This document shows, piece by piece, positions 32,325-33,736 of a DNA stretch of 33,736 bases; position 1 is the first letter of the stretch, and the number at the start of each line of letters is the position of its first letter. This DNA is from Parasitella parasitica NRRL 2501 (Eukaryota > Fungi > Mucoromycota), in assembly GCA_025201805.1 (NCBI GenBank), contig MU619425.1, positions 5,213 through 38,948 on the forward strand. Reading direction: 5' to 3'. The position numbers and the translations under genes are program-made. Under the pieces are notes generated by a model that searched no databases, was not told where the DNA came from, and saw only the letters and a list, made by a program, of their open reading frames with translations.

Positions 32325-33606
32325 AGCGATTAATTGGCACCTTTCAATAATAAATGTAAATTTATAAAACCTTTTTTTTTTTTTTTTTTTTGTAAGGGAG
32401 GACATGCTCCATATTTTATTTAAAGTCCTTTAAATGTCATAATGAGGGAAGAAAAAGACTGGATATATCAAGAGGATCAGAAAGTAAAGAGTAATAATAA
32501 TAAAAGAAGAGAAAAGGATAAACTAATTACAGCTAAATATTTACAAGTGAAGATGTAACTCGGCATCCAGTTGTGCTAGAGAACGAGTCAGAGACTGATT
32601 TACTGAGGTCACCAGAAAAGGTGTACGATCGAAGGTCCAACGCCAATGGGCTTGCCATATTGTCAGAAGTGTGCATGCAAAAATTTGTCGAAGAGACAGA
32701 TCAGCGAAAGGAAGGGAAGTATCGCGATCAACGGAGATGCCTTTACATAAAAGAATCTCGGTGAGATAATTAATTAATTAGAACGGAGTGTACAGCTTAA
32801 AAAATCGCCTTTTTTGGATTTCGAATTTGATTCAAGCTATTTCGCCCGACTTTCAACATGATTTACTCTGTTGAAAGAGCTCTTATTTCAAATCAAAATA
32901 CATGACCATTTATTTCACGCTTTGTTGCATACGCGCATATTTTTTTTATAGTTTTCTAAAGCTTCTATATATTTTTAATTAGTTTTTGAAAATGAAATAT
33001 ACTTGATTTAACGCCGACTTCTCAAAAATTCGCAACTTGAATGGGAATTACAAAACCAAACAAAGCATTTATCCACTCTATTTCTCGCTTGATTGTGTTT
33101 ATTTTGCTGTGTTCTTGTTATCTCTTATCATTTCCGTTCTTTATATAATGTTGTCTTATAGTCTCCTCTAACCGGCCGCTCCTCTTCTGGCAGCTTATTA
33201 GTATATTATCATACTATTTTGATTATTTATCAAAAGAATAGAATAATTCTATTTTAGCTTTCCTAATCTTATATGAGTGTAAATGTTTAATTGTTTATTA
33301 ACGATGGTTTAAGAACGGTATTTTAAACTTGTTAATTCATGCGATTTAGAAGCTTTCTATCCCTGCTGATTTATCAGAATGAGAAATTATTCAAATAAAA
33401 CGTTTGTAAATTAATCAGGTAAAGATCTCGTTTATTACATGGAAAAAATGATGGTTTATATACAAGTGAAACTAAGTGGACTGATGGGAGGATAAGATAC
33501 AAGTGTGAGACATGGTGTAATTTAGAGAATGGAACGATAGATCGTATCTATTATCCATGAACATATCATGTTGAGTTATAAATAAGGAACATGATCCATT
33601 GGGATA

Positions 33607-33736
33607 TGTTCCTGAATTGTGTTCAGGATTGAGTTTACTTGAGTTTGACTTCCATGTTGTATCCATATTGATGTGTCAATTTCCCAACCGGAAGTCAAAC
33701 TCAAGTAAACTCAATCCTGAACACAATTCAGGAACA
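33607..33736. repeat. Perfect inverted repeat, 47-bp arms (33607-33653 / 33690-33736), 36-nt spacer, cut by the window end
   Basis: TGTTCCTGAATTGTGTTCAGGATTGAGTTTACTTGAGTTTGACTTCC and its exact reverse complement. Confidence 0.95.

Noticed and set aside
32573-32764. 63-aa ORF downstream of Ste23
   Set aside because: GTG start, upstream in-frame stop and no family motif; at most a gene relic.

Overview
Gene-dense, intron-rich eukaryotic DNA. The ~55-nt GT-AG introns, AT-rich intergenic tracts and gene content suggest an early-diverging fungus, most likely Mucorales; this is an inference and the species was not identified. From left to right: a long G.U-rich foldback at the left edge, a disrupted SNAPC3 copy, a divergent ATG8 paralog with a non-GT donor and a CaaX-like tail, an intact HMG-CoA reductase, and a catalytically substituted, frameshifted PIF/Harbinger transposase gene. 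Two spliced zinc-binding microproteins follow, missed or truncated by the ORF track (a CCHC knuckle and an Ecl1-like protein). Next come an AVT-type amino acid transporter, a Q-rich Myb protein, a small cytochrome b5 ending in SKL, a SAM methyltransferase and an orphan gene. The right part holds a PPPDE-thioredoxin-PUL protein, Hikeshi/OPI10, ALKBH1, a Yip1-domain gene, a decayed Tc1/IS630-type transposon, an insulysin/Ste23 gene with a hidden presequence exon, and a perfect 47-bp inverted repeat running into the right edge. No single multi-gene novel system is demonstrable; the best leads are individual elements. Family calls come from motif recognition by eye and no searches were run.
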